From NCBI RefSeq assembly GCF_006345805.1, contig NC_042997.1:193874001-193938000 (forward strand): DNA of 64,000 bases. Direction: 5' to 3'. This document shows positions 22,234 through 36,038 of the stretch, piece by piece. Both the position numbers and the translations under genes were made by a program. Position 1 is the first letter of the stretch. Each line of letters begins with the position of its first letter. Under the pieces are notes generated by a model. That model did no database searches, had not been told where the DNA came from, and was given only the letters and a program-made list of their open reading frames with translations. This stretch comes from Octopus sinensis (lineage: Eukaryota).

Positions 22234-23974
22234 TAGTATTGTGTATGCAAATCCAACGGCCCTAAGGACAGTGGTAATAAGCCTTGAACCACAGCAGGTC
22301 CTAAAAATTTCCATTTGCTCTTAAGAAACTAAATTATAGCTGCCATAGATAGTATGAAACTCTTTTACTCTTTACTTGTTTCAGTCATTTGACTGCGGCC
22401 ACACTGGAGCACGGCCTTTAGTTGAGCAAATTGACCCCAGGACTTATTCATTGTAAGCCTAGTACTTATTCTATCTGCCTCTTTTGCCGAACCGCTAAGT
22501 TACGGGGACGTAAATACACCACCATCGGTTGTCAAGCGATGTTGGGGAGACAAACACATACACACACATATATGCATATATACGATGGGCTTCTTTCAGT
22601 TTCTGTCTACCAAATCGACTCACAAGGCTTTGGTCGGTCGGAGGCTATAGTAGAACACACTTGCCCAAGGTGCTACGCAGTGGGACTGAACCCAGAACCA
22701 TGTGGTTCTTACCACACAGCCACTCCTACGTCTATTTTTCTTTTGTGATTGCTCATACCATTCACAAGATAATTGTCTAGTATGCAAGACTACTTGCAAT
22801 AATTGTTTCAAGACGAAATATTATTTTCATGCGTGCAAATCTAAGCTCATTTGTGATAGCAGATCATCTCACGCTGGGTTGCATTAGGAGCATTATATGC
22901 CCTCTGAAAATTCAATATACAGGATCCTTGAGTATTTATTGATAGCTAGGTACAGCATTCATAGATGAGAATTGAGTCCCTAGACCCGTAAGGCATTCGG
23001 GCAACTGCCTGGTGTGTCCACGACTTAAGACGGCACAACTCTCCGGTATTGGTCACACCTACTAAAGGTGTCTAAAGGACTCGTTTCAAGTTGTAACGTG
23101 TTTGATTGTAAATAGAAAACGTTATGACCCACTTGAATTTCTACAATGATAGTTACCTTGGAGAGAAAGCTTCATGGGAACGAAAATTAAAGGTTCTTCC
23201 ACACATTTAATATATCACTAAGGTTCAGAAAATATTAACTAATAGCTCCAAGAACTATGTTGCTGTAGACATAACATTTGGCTTTAATCATTAGACATAC
23301 GTTACCTATTTCTTTACTACCCACAAGGGGCTAAACACAGAGGAGACAAACAAGGACAGACACACGAATTAAGTCGATTATATCGACCCCAATGCGTAAC
23401 TGGTACTTATTTAATCAACCCCGAAAGGATAAAAGGCAAAGTCGACCTCGGCGGAATTTGAAACGTAGTGGCAGACGATATACCTATTTCTTTACGACCC
23501 ACAAAGAGCTACACACAGAGAGGACAAACAAGGACAGACAACGGATTAAGTCGATTACATCGAACCCAGTGCGTAACTGGTACTTAATTTATCGACTCCG
23601 AAAGGACGAAAGGCAAAGTCGACCTCGGCGGAATTTGAACTCACAACGTAACGGCAGACGAAATACCGCTAAGCATTTCGCCCGGCGTGCTAAAGTTTCT
23701 GCCAGCTCCACGGTTGAAGAACCTGTGTTCGAACCTGATACTTGGTCAAGAATTTCAGCAACATCCGAGAGTGAAATTTGAATACGGAAAGAACTCTAAA
23801 TTAACTCTAGATGATACTAAAGATTTCTGTATATTAACCATAGGAAAAAATAGAAGACTCTTCTTTTTTCCCAAACTTATCTTCAAGCTTTGATTGGTGC
23901 CAAATTAAAACTCTATTGCAAAGATGTTTAGGATTGCCAGTGAAAGTTTGTCATTTACTCACAGAAGGCATAAT

Positions 23975-24275
23975 TGAAAAGTGGTTAGGGCAGCGGACTC
24001 GCGATCGAGGGATCGTGGGTTCGAATCTCAGATCGGGCGATGTGTATATTTATGAGCGAAACACCTAAGCTCGACGCGGCTCCGGCAGAAGGTAATGGTG
24101 AACTTCTGCTGACTCTTTCGCCACAACATTCTCTCACTCTTTCCTCCTGCATCTTGAAGCTCTCCTGCGACGGACCGGCGTCCCGTCCAGGTGGGGAACC
24201 TATACGCCAAGAAAACCGGGAAACCGGCCCTTATGAGCCAGGCATAGCTCGAGAAGGAACAAACAACAAACACGT
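23975..24275 (+). mobile_element. tRNA-derived SINE (family D); same head/body on - at 42085-42440 with a different 3' half
   Basis: GTGGTTAGGGCAGCGGACTC..GGGTTCGAATC head; body GAGCGAAACACCTAAGCTC..CTCTTTCG shared with 42085-42440; (AAC)n-like tail. Confidence 0.75.
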
Positions 24276-24794
24276 TTACCAAACCCTAACAACAGATATA
24301 GATGAGAAAAGTCAGGTAAAATGTTGTTCGACAGTATTTGAGATCATTCTTTCCGAAGCAAGAAGAATGTAATATTACTAGCAGCGGCGTAAGTAATAGC
24401 GGAGCAAGAGGAGCTAGCTCCCCACCCACGAGCACAGTTTTCAAAATTGGCGCCTTTTCAACAAATTTTTAACTCTTTACTTACTTATATTAGTAGTTGT
24501 ATGAGAGTAATGTTTGTAGAATACAATTACATAAGTTATAACTAATAGAATATTTCGCGTAATATAAGAGAAATGAGTTTAAAAGTGTTTGGGATGTGTC
24601 ACGACGCCTTTTTTTTTTGTGTGTGTGTTCGCTTCAAATAACTTTAGAACGAGTTTACGCCTCTGATTACTGTAAATTAATGTGTGGGAAGAGGGTTCTT
24701 TACTTACTAGCAGAAATGGTCAGGGCGACCATTGCAGGAAAGTAATGCTCATACAGCGCCATGATATTCTGTGACACAGAATACGTTGGGAAAG

Positions 24795-25400
24795 GCGGCG
24801 AAATGGCAGAAACGTTAGCACGCCAGGCGAAATGCTTAGCAGTATTTCGTCTGCCGCTACGTTCTGAGTTCAAATTCCGCCGAGGTCGACTTAGCCTTTC
24901 ATCCTTTCGGGGTCGATTTAAATAAGTACCAATTACGCACTGGGGTCGATATAATCGAATTAATCCGTTTGTCTGTCCTTGTTTGTCCCCTCTATGTTTA
25001 GCCCCTTGTGAGCAATAAAGAAATAAGAAACGTTAGCACGCCGGGCGAAATGCTGAGCAGTATTTCGTCTGCCGCTACGTTCTGAGTTCAAATTCTGCCG
25101 AGGTCGACTTTGCCTTTCATCTTTTCGGGGTCGATTAAAAAAAGTACCAATTACGCACTGGTGTCGATATAATCGACTTAATCCGTTTGTCTGTCCTTGT
25201 TTTTCCCCTTTGTGTTTAGCCTCTTGTGGGTAGTAAAGAAATAGGTATTTCGTCTGCCATTACCTTCTGAGTTCAAATTCCGCCGAGGTCGACTTTGCCT
25301 TTTATCCTTTCGGGGTCGATAAATTAAGTACCAATTACGCCCTTTGTCTGTCCTTGTTTGTCTCCTCTATGTCTAGTCCCTTGTGGGCAATAAAGAAATA
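24795..25400 (+). mobile_element. SINE-B trimer with one 17-bp TSD
   Basis: TSD AGAATACGTTGGGAAAG at 24778-24794 and 25401-25417. Confidence 0.85.
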
Positions 25401-27455
25401 AGAATACGTTGGGAAAGTATAAAACTAAAGATGCCGTGAAACTTGACTGTAATTATACAGTTGAAGTTGTATTACGCTTGGAAAACATCCACCAAGTTAT
25501 TCGTTTGCATTACAATTATAAACGAAGGCAAGATAATATGAATATATTTATTTACTGCCCACAAGGGGATAAACATAGAGGGGACAAACAAGGACAGAGT
25601 AACGGATTAAGTCGATTACATCGACCCCAGTGCGTAACTGGTACTTATTTAATCGACCCCGAAAGGATGAAAGGCAAAGTCGACCTCGGCGGAATTTGAA
25701 CTCAGAACGTAGCGGCAGGAAAAATACTACTAAGCATTTCGCCCAGCGTGCTAATGTTTCTGCCAGCTCGTCGCCTTTCCATCCGATCATACCGCTCATT
25801 CCTCTCCTCCATCAGAACGTAACGACAGACGAAATACCTACTTCTTTACTGCCCACAAAGGGCTAAACACAGAGGGGACAAACAAGGATAGACAAACGGA
25901 TTAAGTCGATTATATCGACCCCAGTGCGTAACTGGTACTTATTTAATCGACCCTGAAATGATGAAAGGCAAAGTCGACCTCGGCGGAATTTGAACTCAGA
26001 ACGTAACGGCAGACGAAATACCGCAAAGCATTTCGCCCGGCGTGCTAACGTTTCTGCCAGATGATATAAATATGGCAACCGAAAAATCAAAAAGCGCTTT
26101 AGAGCAAAAAGCTCGTTTCGACGACGAGTACAACAACGAAAGCAGCGGCCAAGGCAGTGATACCCGAAAATTGCATAAGGTCAACAACTTTAAATAAATG
26201 TAGAATGAGAGATCCTCTTTGAGAATAGAAATTTTTCTTTCTAGTATTTCCGTATTTAATACCGGTTTCAAATATTGGCACAAGGGGGGATGGAAAGTCG
26301 ATTACATCGACCCCAGTACTCATCTGGTACTTAGTTTACTAACCCTGAAAGTATGAAAGACAAAGTCGACCTCGGCGGAATTTTTCTATTCCATATCAGT
26401 ATCTTTGTTATGCGATGAGGTGGACGTACTGTTTGTACGCCGGGCAAAATGCTTAGCGGCATTTCGTCTGCGGCTACGTTCTGAGTTCAAATTCCGCCGA
26501 GGTCGACTTTACCTTTCATCGTTTTCGGGGTCGACTTTGCCTTTCATCCTTTCGGGGTCGATTAAATAAGTACCAGTTACGCACTGGGGTCGATGTAATC
26601 GACTCAATCCGTTTGTCTATCCCTGTTTGTCCCCTCTGTGTTTAGCCCCTTGTGGGTAGTAAAGAAATAGGTAATTCGTCTGTCTTTACGTTCTGAGTTC
26701 AAATTCCGCCGAGGTCGACTTTGCCTTTCATCCTTTCGGGGTCGATAAATTAAGTACCAGTTACGTACTGGGGTCGATGTAATCGACTCAATCCGTTTGT
26801 CTGTCCTTATTTGTCCCCTCTATGTTTAGCCCCTTGTGGATAGTAAAGAAATAGGTAATTCGTCCGTCTTTACATACCGAGTTCAAATTCTGCCGAAGAC
26901 GACTCTGCCTTTCATCCATTCGCGATCGATGAAATAAAGTACCAATCGAGCACTGGTATCGATGTAAATGACTTACCCCTCCACAAAAAAAAAATTGCTG
27001 GCCTTGTGCCACAATGTGAAACCTGTACCAGTATTTTTGTAAACACTAACCTTTTATTAAAGTATAAAGTACATCATTTTTTAAATAAATAGATAAATAG
27101 ATAAGTAAATAAATAAATAAATAAATAAATAAAAAAACTGGGTGGTTGAGTGCAGCAACCACACTTGAACATCGACCAAGATTCCAAGACTTCTCTCCGA
27201 AATATTCGTCTTCTAACACACACAGAAAGAAGTCCAAAAATAGCTTCATATATTTTGGCAGTAGTTCTTGGATTGTGCCATCGATACCAGACTTTTAATC
27301 GAGGAGTAAAACTAGTTTGCTCTCTTTTTTTCTTTTTTCTTTTTTCCTTTTTTTTTTTTTTGACACAGTATAATTATCAGATTCAGAGTAAAAGAATTAC
27401 ATTCTTTGTTACACACACGCACACATTGCTAAACCTCGCTAAGATAAATATTTCA

Positions 27456-27528
27456 ATTACCTGAAGATTGACTGTAACCATAACTCGAATTATTACGAAT
27501 TGGACAGCCATGAAACGATCGTAGTGTT
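27456..27528 (+). ncRNA. Type I hammerhead motif adjoining an AT-rich PLE-terminus sequence
   Basis: TAC-CTGAAGA(27461)-TTGACTGT..CCA..TCG..CGA..TGG-ACAGCCAT-GAAAC(27512)-GATC-GTA^GTG; palindromic stem III ACGATCGT; short stem I (3 bp). Confidence 0.7.
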
Positions 27529-27657
27529 TTACTCATTATCTTTTATTAAACTTTTAATACTTTTGATATATATTTAAAATAATATAAATTAATTAATTTT
27601 ATGTATTGGCTTATGTTTTTCATTGTTTGATTTGCCTAATAGTGGTTTTATCTCTAA

Positions 27658-27700
<43 letters not shown>

Positions 27701-28005
27701 TACAAAATGGGACAAACACGCAAAACATTCAAATAGACGATACAAAAAACACGGACGGATCATTCGAAGCCTCTAATCTTCAGTCAAGAACCGGATCATC
27801 CTTGCAATTTCGGCTGATTAATCTTGAGATCGTTCCGATCTGGCCAATCCCAAGGAAAAACTAAGCTACGTGCATTAGATTTCTTGGAAAAAGGATCGAA
27901 CGTATACGAACCAAGGACAGAAAAACGGACGATGTTACACGAATATAAATACAAAAAACAAAAAATAATACGAATATAAATACAAAAAACAACAACAACA
28001 ACAAC

Positions 28006-28051
<46 letters not shown>

Positions 28052-28085
28052 GGACATAACAACAGGCGTCTATATATATATATAT

Positions 28086-28251
28086 AAATTAGAGAACAAT
28101 CTTTTATCAATTCAACAATGAAATAACAGTGATATAATTAAATTATACCATATAGAAAAAATTAGATATACAATAAAAACATATGGTATAATTTAATTAT
28201 ATCATTGTTATTTCATTGTTGAATTGATAAAAGGTGGTTCTTCTCTAATTT
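28086..28251. repeat. AT-rich inverted repeat, ~67-bp arms, 27-bp spacer
   Basis: AAATTAGAGAAC..TTATCAATTCAACAATGAAATAAC..TTATACCATAT / ATATGGTATAA..GTTATTTCATTGTTGAATTGATAA..TTCTCTAATTT. Confidence 0.8.
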
Positions 28252-28336
28252 ATATACATATATTATATATTGTGAAATTTGATTTAGTATTACTTAATTG
28301 AATTTTTCCCTGTAAGTTTGCAATAATATTCCCTAA

Positions 28337-28377
<41 letters not shown>

Positions 28378-28433
28378 CACACAGTGCGTGTGTGTATGTG
28401 AGAGTGTATGAGTGTGTGTGTGTGGATAGGGGC

Positions 28434-28549
<116 letters not shown>

Positions 28550-28782
28550 TATATATATAACTACATACACATATATATATATAAAATATATGTATGTATG
28601 TTTGTGTGCGCGCGTGCACAAAAGTTTACGACACATTTCACTCAACTGAATAATTTTCCAGATTGATTTTTTTTCCCAGAATATTTACGGTGTTCTAGAA
28701 GATTCGGGAAGTTTCGCTGGTGAGCTTTTATAGCCATTGCATTAGTTCTGACAATATCACCGCAGAGTGAACATCATCATCA

Positions 28783-29790
28783 TGGGTAAAAATGAACAAA
28801 CTAGTCAAGACCTCCGTGTGCGTATTGTTGACCTTCATAAGAGTGGCAATGGGTCCACAGAGATCTCTGTACAGCTTAATGTACCCCTGAGTTCAGTCGG
28901 TACGATAAAACGTATCTGGAAATCTCGCAATTCCATTTTCCTTCTAGTCCGATCCGGTCTCCCACGTAAGTTAGCAGAGCGTACAACAAGAAAACTTGCA
29001 AGAACAGCTAATAATAGAGCGCAATCTACCCTCAGGATCTACAGAAAGACCTGGAAGCATGTGAAGTACATGTGAGCAAGGATGCAATTAGTAGAGCACC
29101 TCGTCATTATAATCTCTTTTCTCGTTCTCCAAGAAAGACCCTATTGCTTATGAAACGTTATGTTAAGGTTGTTTGGCCTTTGCCAAAAAACAAAATGTCT
29201 AAATAAACCGGCAACATATTGGGAAATCGCAGTTTGGTCTGACAAAATTAAGATTGAACTTTTCGGCAGAAATTCGATCGGCAAGATATGGAGAAAGAAC
29301 GGCACGGAATACGCGCCAAAGAATATTATCTCTACAGTGAAATTCGGAGGCGGATCAGTAATGGTATGGGCTTGTTTTTGCTCATCAGGTGTTGAAAGAA
29401 TAGAAGTAATCGAAGGAACAATGGATGGTGGAAAATATAGGGGGATTTTAGAGATGATTAATACCTAGCGCTCGCACCCTAAACTTGGAACAAGGATAGG
29501 TCTTTCAACAAGATAACGATTCAAAGCACACAGCAAAGATGACCAAGAATTAGCTGCAAACAAATGGGATTAATGTTCTGGAATGGCCTAGTCAATCTCC
29601 TGGTCTTAATCCAATCGAAAATTTGTGGAAAGAATCGAAATTCAGAGTTCAAAAAAGAAACCCGTGTAACTTACAAGAATTGAAAAGAATTTGTGTAGAA
29701 GAAAAATAAGCCCCCACCACATGTAAAAAGTATTTAGAAGACTATCCAAAGCGCCTGCAAACTCTTATTATCAACAAGGGTTATATGCAA
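28783..29790 (+). mobile_element. Tc1-family (DD34E-type) transposase pseudogene
   Basis: MGKNEQTSQDLRVRIVDLHKSG (HTH), [55 protein letters not shown]; frameshifts and stops. Confidence 0.9.
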
Positions 29791-30114
29791 CTAAATGCTG
29801 ATTTGATTGTATAAACGTGTTGTAAACGTTTGCGTTTTGAATTTCAACTTTTTCCATATATATTTTTTTGCGTTCATTATTATGTAATTCTGATTGTTGC
29901 ATTGAATTTATGACTAAAAACTTCATTAATGGTGGAGATTTCATTAACCTGCGTTAGCTCAATTTTCCCACCTAGGTGTGGCTAACCCTTATAGGTCGAT
30001 ACTACTGTAGCTTTTAGGCCCAGGAAGACATCTCCTCAAGCTGTCTATTGACACAATATCTGTGCAAGGGGAAGTCATCGTTCCCATCTTCAGCCTGACT
30101 CTCCGCATACACAA

Positions 30115-30506
30115 TCTTTATATATAAAAGTAAGGTTGTGTGTCTGTCTACTCCGATTTAGATTCCTAACTACTCCCACATTTTGCGGTGCAGTTTAACC
30201 AAAACCGGATATCTTATAGTCGTGATTCATATCAAGCCCTTCTGGGTATTAGCGCGCGTCTACGATGAGTCTACGATTTTAAAAATAATTTACCATCATT
30301 TTTTCCATTTTAATGCATATTTTTTTAAATATAAGGGAAGTAACTCTCTAAAAATGTCTACGATGAGTCAACGATTTAAAAAAAATTTACCATAATTTTT
30401 TTCCATTTTTAATGCATTTTTTGCTATTTTTTGGCTATAACTCTCTAAAAATGCTTATATAGTTATTTCCCTTACAAACCCGAGCAACGCCGGGCGATAC
30501 TGCTAG
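30115..30506 (+). mobile_element. Non-autonomous Helitron
   Basis: A|TC start, CCCG-AGCAACGC-CGGG hairpin, CTAG|T end. Confidence 0.8.
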
Positions 30507-30576
<70 letters not shown>

Positions 30577-31262
30577 AGAGGATTCTTTTTTCTTTTTTCT
30601 ACTCTAGGCACAAGGCCCGAAATTTTGGGGGAGGGGGCCAGTCGATTAGATTGACCCAAGTACGTAACTGGTACTTAATTTATCGACTCCGAAAGGATAA
30701 AAGGCAAAATCGACCTCTGTGGAATTTGAACTCAAAACATAAAGATAGACGAAATATCGCTAAGCATTTCACCCGGCGTGCTAACGTTTCTGCCAGAGGA
30801 TTGATAAAGTTCGTTAATTAGTTATTATTAGCCGTGTCTATGCAACCTCCTACCAGAAGCAAATCAATTCTATAAACGTTTCCCAGCGTAGCTTAGCAAA
30901 CAAGCTTGTAACGTTCTTTAGAAAAAACGGTGCTTCTTTAGTTTGCAGTCTACCGCAGTATTCGTAGTCAACACTGTCAAATGATCAGATCTGGGTTAGG
31001 AATCAGGGTTAGATTGCACGCTAAAGCGTAAATGACCAGATAGAACGCACTTTAAAGTAACACCGAACAAATATACCTTTCACTTGTTTCAGTCTGCGGC
31101 CATGCTGGGGCATCGCCTTAGAGACTGTTAGTCGAAAGAATCGACCCTAGTACTTACTTTTTCTCCTTTTTAAGCCTGGTGCTTATTCTATCGGCCATTT
31201 TTGTTGAACCGCTAAGTTTGAGGACTTAGACACACCAATGCCGGTTGTCTAGCTGTGGTGAT

Positions 31263-31300
<38 letters not shown>

Positions 31301-31587
31301 AATGTGCTTCTTTCCGTTTCCGATTACCAAATCCACCCACAAGGCTTTGGTCGGCCCGAGGCTTCAGTAGAAGGCAATTACCCAAGGTGTCCCGCAGTGG
31401 GACTGAACACGGACCCGTGTGACTGGGAGGCAAACTTCTCACTGGCTATAACGATTATAAATGATACTCTCTAATACAATATTTTCGTGGACAGAAAAAG
31501 GAAGGAATAGTTGTATGTATCGATGGAATCTTCTGTAACTATCGATTAACACTAATCCTAAATCCACTAATTTTAGGAATGAAAGTA

Positions 31588-32080
31588 CCGTAAATCCGCA
31601 TTTCCCTCCAAAATTTAAAGGTCAAAATCCCTAGTGCGTACTGTATACAAGGTTAAAAATTTAAAATATTTTCTAAGCAATGTCCGAGTCTCTATTTGCT
31701 GTCAGACGCATTTTGTGATGTCGGGTGCGAAAATACCTTAAGCTAAGCCTGAAAGCAATGAAATCATAAAAGAATCATCCATAACTTGCAGTAAGCAACA
31801 TCTATTAAAATAAAAGTATTCAGAACACAGAATAACATGTAACAAAAACAATTTGCAAATATATTTACATTCCCATATAACAGTTAAGAACATCACCATT
31901 ATTGTATTACGCATGCGCGGAAGTGTCTGTTCGACTAGGTGCTGCTGGCTTAAATACGCACGACTCAAGTTAGAGAAGGGGTGCGTATTATACACAAGGT
32001 TTAGGTTTTTCAAAGGTACAGCACCCTAAAAATCCCCTGCGTATTATACTCAAGGGCGGACTATACTCGAGGATTTACAG
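31588..32080. mobile_element. TA-flanked MITE (Tc1/mariner-pogo-like)
   Basis: TA|CCGTAAATCC ... GGATTTACAG|TA; subterminal repeats TGCGTAYTRTAYACAAGG. Confidence 0.55.
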
Positions 32081-32090
32081 TAAACTAGAT

Positions 32091-32291
32091 CAGTGCTTTT
32101 CAAACTTTTTGCTGAAGCGGAACCCCAAGGAAACATTCCACTGGCTCGAGGAATCCCTGTGCAATAATTTAATTGTCTTATGCACACATATCTGCACAGG
32201 AGAATTAAAAACTACTGTCGATTTTAGCATTTTTGTAACTTCTTGCGGAACCCCTGGACTGTACTGGCGGAACCCTGGTTGAAAACCACTG
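32091..32291. mobile_element. hAT (Charlie-like) MITE
   Basis: TIR CAGTGCTTTTCAAAC / GGTTGAAAACCACTG; 8-bp TSD AACTAGAT / AATTAGAT. Confidence 0.8.
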
Positions 32292-32772
32292 AATTAGATA
32301 AACCAATTTGCATATTTAGCACTTATTACTGGTAATTTAATATCTTGTGGTTAAAGGTGTATCGGTATGTGTTACGGTGAATAGATGCGATAGGAATGTG
32401 GATGCCTTTGAAGTAAAGAGATGAATGACATCAATTCAAAGTTAAAATAATTTATTCACTGGACTTAATTTGTCGTTGGTACACATAATTCTTCACTACA
32501 TGCAAAATGTTGACAACTGCTACGAGTTGTTAGAAATAGAAACAGGGCACATCTGTGGATGTGATATGTCAGAACTAAATATGTTTGTGTGTTTGTGAGT
32601 ATGGGTGTGTAGTTCAACTGAGAAAGTAGTCTACCGTGAAACTTCGATCGAACATTTTTCTCGGTCTCTGCAGTCTGCCAAAATCTTCTGTCAGCGTCGC
32701 AGGCCTTTCTTGTCTGCCTCTTAGGCCTTTCTGCCTGTCTCTCTGTTGACCACGGTATTTTATAACCGCTGT

Positions 32773-33009
32773 TAAAAAGGCGGAGAGCAGGCAGAAACGT
32801 TAGCAAGCCGGGCGAAATGCGTAGCCGTATTTCGTCTGCCGTTATGTTCTGAGTTCAAATTCCGCCGAGGTCGACTTTGCCTTTCATCCTTTCGGGGTCG
32901 ACAAATTAAGTACCAGTTACGCACTGGGATCGATATAATCGACTTAATCTGTTTGTCTGTCCTTGTTTGTCCTCTCTGTGTTTAGCCCCTTGTGGGTAGT
33001 AAAGAAATA
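32773..33009 (+). mobile_element. SINE-B monomer with a 19-bp TSD
   Basis: GGTATTTTATAACCGCTGT at 32754-32772 and 33010-33028. Confidence 0.85.
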
Positions 33010-33213
33010 GGTATTTTATAACCGCTGTGGTAGCTAGAAGGACAGACATACTGCAGTAGAGATTGTGCCTAAATAGGTCAGCCCCTGTCCATTTGAACTT
33101 CGCCTGACGTGGATGAGGTAGGTCAACGGGAGATGATTTATCGTTTTTTTGACTGGACAGAGAAAACCTTTTTTTCGCGCCTGTTGATCGTGGTAGCAAA
33201 CCACGATCCTTAG

Positions 33214-33731
33214 ATTCCTTAAAGAAATATGGAGAAGTTTTCATTATGACGGTCTAATAAGAAAGAAATATATCCGCAATTGTGTCCCCTACATGTCGAC
33301 CCAGAGTCCTTAAATTCGGTTTCGAATCTAAGCTTGGAGAAGGGAGTGTTAATTTTCACAATCTACATTGTATGGAATGGAATTTTTGATGCTGTTGTCA
33401 AACCCACACACCATTTGGTTGTTGTGAAATCACTAAAGAATTTATCATCAAGTCTTGATAATACTCTCCACACAGATACACTCAATAACAAAATACTCAG
33501 AACGGAAACCTTACATCTTACACTAAAGCATAATCTTAGCACAGGTAATAAAGGTTGCCTCGAAACTCCACTAAGAAATGTTAATGCAATAAGAAAAAGA
33601 CAGCATTAGCTCAATGAGTGAATATATTTCTTTAAAAAAATCATTTCGACAGGTAAGGGAGACAATTGCGGATATATTTCTTTCTTATTAGACCTTTATA
33701 GTGAAAATTTCTCCATATTTGTTTAAGAAAT
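33214..33731. mobile_element. MITE-like element with ~85-bp imperfect inverted ends
   Basis: 33214-33299 vs reverse complement of 33645-33731 (AAATATGGAGAA..GGTCTAATAAGAAAGAAATATATCCGCAATTGT..). TTAA near both ends; superfamily uncertain. Confidence 0.65.
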
Positions 33732-34721
33732 GTTGAGGGAATCACAAGTAGGCATAAAAAATTAGTATATTTTAAAAATGTACATTGTAGGTCAATTACT
33801 CTTTATCGTGGCATGCTCGGTGAATTCTATGCTTCGTTGAGTAGTTCTCATAAGATAGGAACGTGTTCTAAGCAGCTTTCTTTGTACGAAATGAGCAAAA
33901 TAATTTTAATCATTAAGTTATTGTTGTCTTTCTTTTGCCATATAAATATTTCCAATTAAATTTTGTTCGTTACTTTAATAATATATTAGCATTAACTTAA
34001 TTATTGTTTTTTATGCGAATGGCGCCTCTGAGTACCTAAATCCAGTTAATTCAATTCGCCAGTCAAAAAAAGAACTGCAACAAAAGGTTATGAACTCTGC
34101 TCCTCGTCTTTAAATAAACGAAATAATATCGAAAACTGTGACAGATGTAGTTTTTATCATTGCTAAAAGGAAAAAAGGAAGAAAAAATGAGAAAAAAAAA
34201 CTAAATAAAAAGAGAAAAAGTACATGAAAATGCGAAAAGTAAAAAAAAAAATGAAGAAAGGGGGGAGGGGAGAGAAAGATGTAACGAAAGTGTCGAGGCA
34301 ACGAAGTGGTGGTGGTGGTAGCGGTGGTGATGGTTGGGTGAGAGGATGCTCACACTGTTTTTTCGTCTACATAAAAGACTTTTGTAAAATAGTGCTAGGT
34401 TACGCTGACCTACTTATCCCCTGCTCCTCGATGCAAGAAAAAAAACGATAAAAGGTAGACAGGTCTGCCTGCTATATACATATGTGCTCCAATTAATTGC
34501 AGTAGACGATGCATCCCAGAACAAATATAATTGGCTCACTTCGACTGCTGTCCGTAACATGAGAAACAGTCTTAATTTATTATCTACAGATATTAAATGC
34601 AACATGACCTAATACGTATATTTTATCGATTATTAAAATGCCTGGTCAGTTCTAGTCGACTTCAGATTTCTCTCTCTTCTCTCGTAAACGTATGTAAGTG
34701 TGTATGTGTTGTAGCTTTGAG

Positions 34722-34757
<36 letters not shown>

Positions 34758-34921
34758 TATTGCTTAGATGAGAAGAGGGACAGTAGCTTCAAGGAAGAAC
34801 TTCGGTTTACCTGAAGTGGGATATTGAAACTAGATGTTCACAAAATATAAGAAATATGTCAAATTTAGAATATTGGAATTTGACCTTAACCAATAAAACG
34901 AACCCCTTTTTCCCACCTAAC

Positions 34922-34929
34922 TGACGTCA
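34922..34929. promoter_or_regulatory. Perfect CRE palindrome TGACGTCA ~320 bp upstream of the SART3 ATG
   Basis: Sequence match and position only; no functional evidence. Confidence 0.25.
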
Positions 34930-35244
34930 ATCAGATATTTTATCCAACACAATTCTTGGAAGATTCTTTATATGACTAAACTCTAGTTCTATTTTTCTTT
35001 TTCTTTTTATATACCATTTTAATAACTACCAGTATATGCATATATATTCTTTTTTTAAAATTTAATATTGCTATTTTGTTCTATAGAACATTACTGTTAT
35101 TTACAATTGGAGTAATAGAGATAATTAAAGAAAACAATTATATTGGGTTAAAAAAAAAAAATTTTTTTTCTTTGCCACCCCAAGTTATCTTTGCTTAGAG
35201 AAGTCGCTCTTTAGAAAAAAGGAGGCAGATATTGACGTTTAAAA

Positions 35245-35433
35245 ATGTCGGATAAAGGTGATGTTGATGAACCGGCGGTGAGTGAAATGTCACCAAGCGA
35301 GGACGACAGTTTGATGCTGTGTCAAGAAGACGAAGAAATGGAGCCTGAGGAAGGAGATGACAGTAGTTCTGAACTGGATTCCGAAGATGACGATGAAGCA
35401 GAGAAAGAGAAAATACGTTGTCTCGAAGAGCAA
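35245..35433 (+). CDS. SART3: SART3 coding exon 1 (MSDKGD..RCLEEQ)
   Basis: ATG at 35245; donor CAA|GTAAGT; phase 0. Confidence 0.85.
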
Positions 35434-35998
35434 GTAAGTAATTTTTTAACAAATCCCTTCTTTCTGTTTCATGTATTTTTTATGTTTTTGTGTTATTTTC
35501 TTAATTTAAGTGTTTATTATTATTATCATTGCTGTTGTTATCGCAGTGTTATTGAGTTTGGAACGGGGTAGATGCCCCAGTTAGTAAGATAACAGAACTA
35601 AGAATATCGCAGTTTGTTTTTGTCCCTCTTATTCCCCTCTTCAAATTCCAGAAGGCTCGCATTTTTCCTCTTCGTGTTCGATGAAATAAATAATTACGAG
35701 ACATGTTTTAAGGAATCGGTTCAGTAGACTCTTTATCAACCTTAGAATTGTGTCTTTTTTTTTCTTTAACTTTATCAAAAGAAATATTGAACATATATAT
35801 ATATATATCTCCATCCCCTTGTGTATGTATTATTTATGTAATGTAACGTGTGGTGTTGTGTGTTAATTTTTTTTTTCTGGACAGATTTATTGATAAAAAT
35901 AATCTATAAGAAGATAATCAGGTGAGATAACACAACCGAACATACAATGGAATCTTAAGCGTTCTCTTTGAACTGACCAATATATATACATATATATA

Positions 35999-36038
<40 letters not shown>

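Noticed and set aside
11544-25866. Recurrent ORFs MRNWYL..RPRKDERQSRPRRNLNSER
   Set aside because: Chance reading of the SINE-B antisense strand; frames differ between copies.
26072-26197. 41-codon ORF MATEKSKSALEQKARFDDEY..
   Set aside because: Short, wedged between SINEs, no recognisable homology or splice context.
27745-27850. Minus-strand CUGAAGA..CGAAU motif in a repeat next to the 27456 hammerhead
   Set aside because: No GAAA, no usable stem II or stem I; type I and type II topologies both fail by eye.
32465-32806. 113-aa minus ORF upstream of SART3
   Set aside because: Starts inside a SINE, no recognisable domain, no supporting exon chain.
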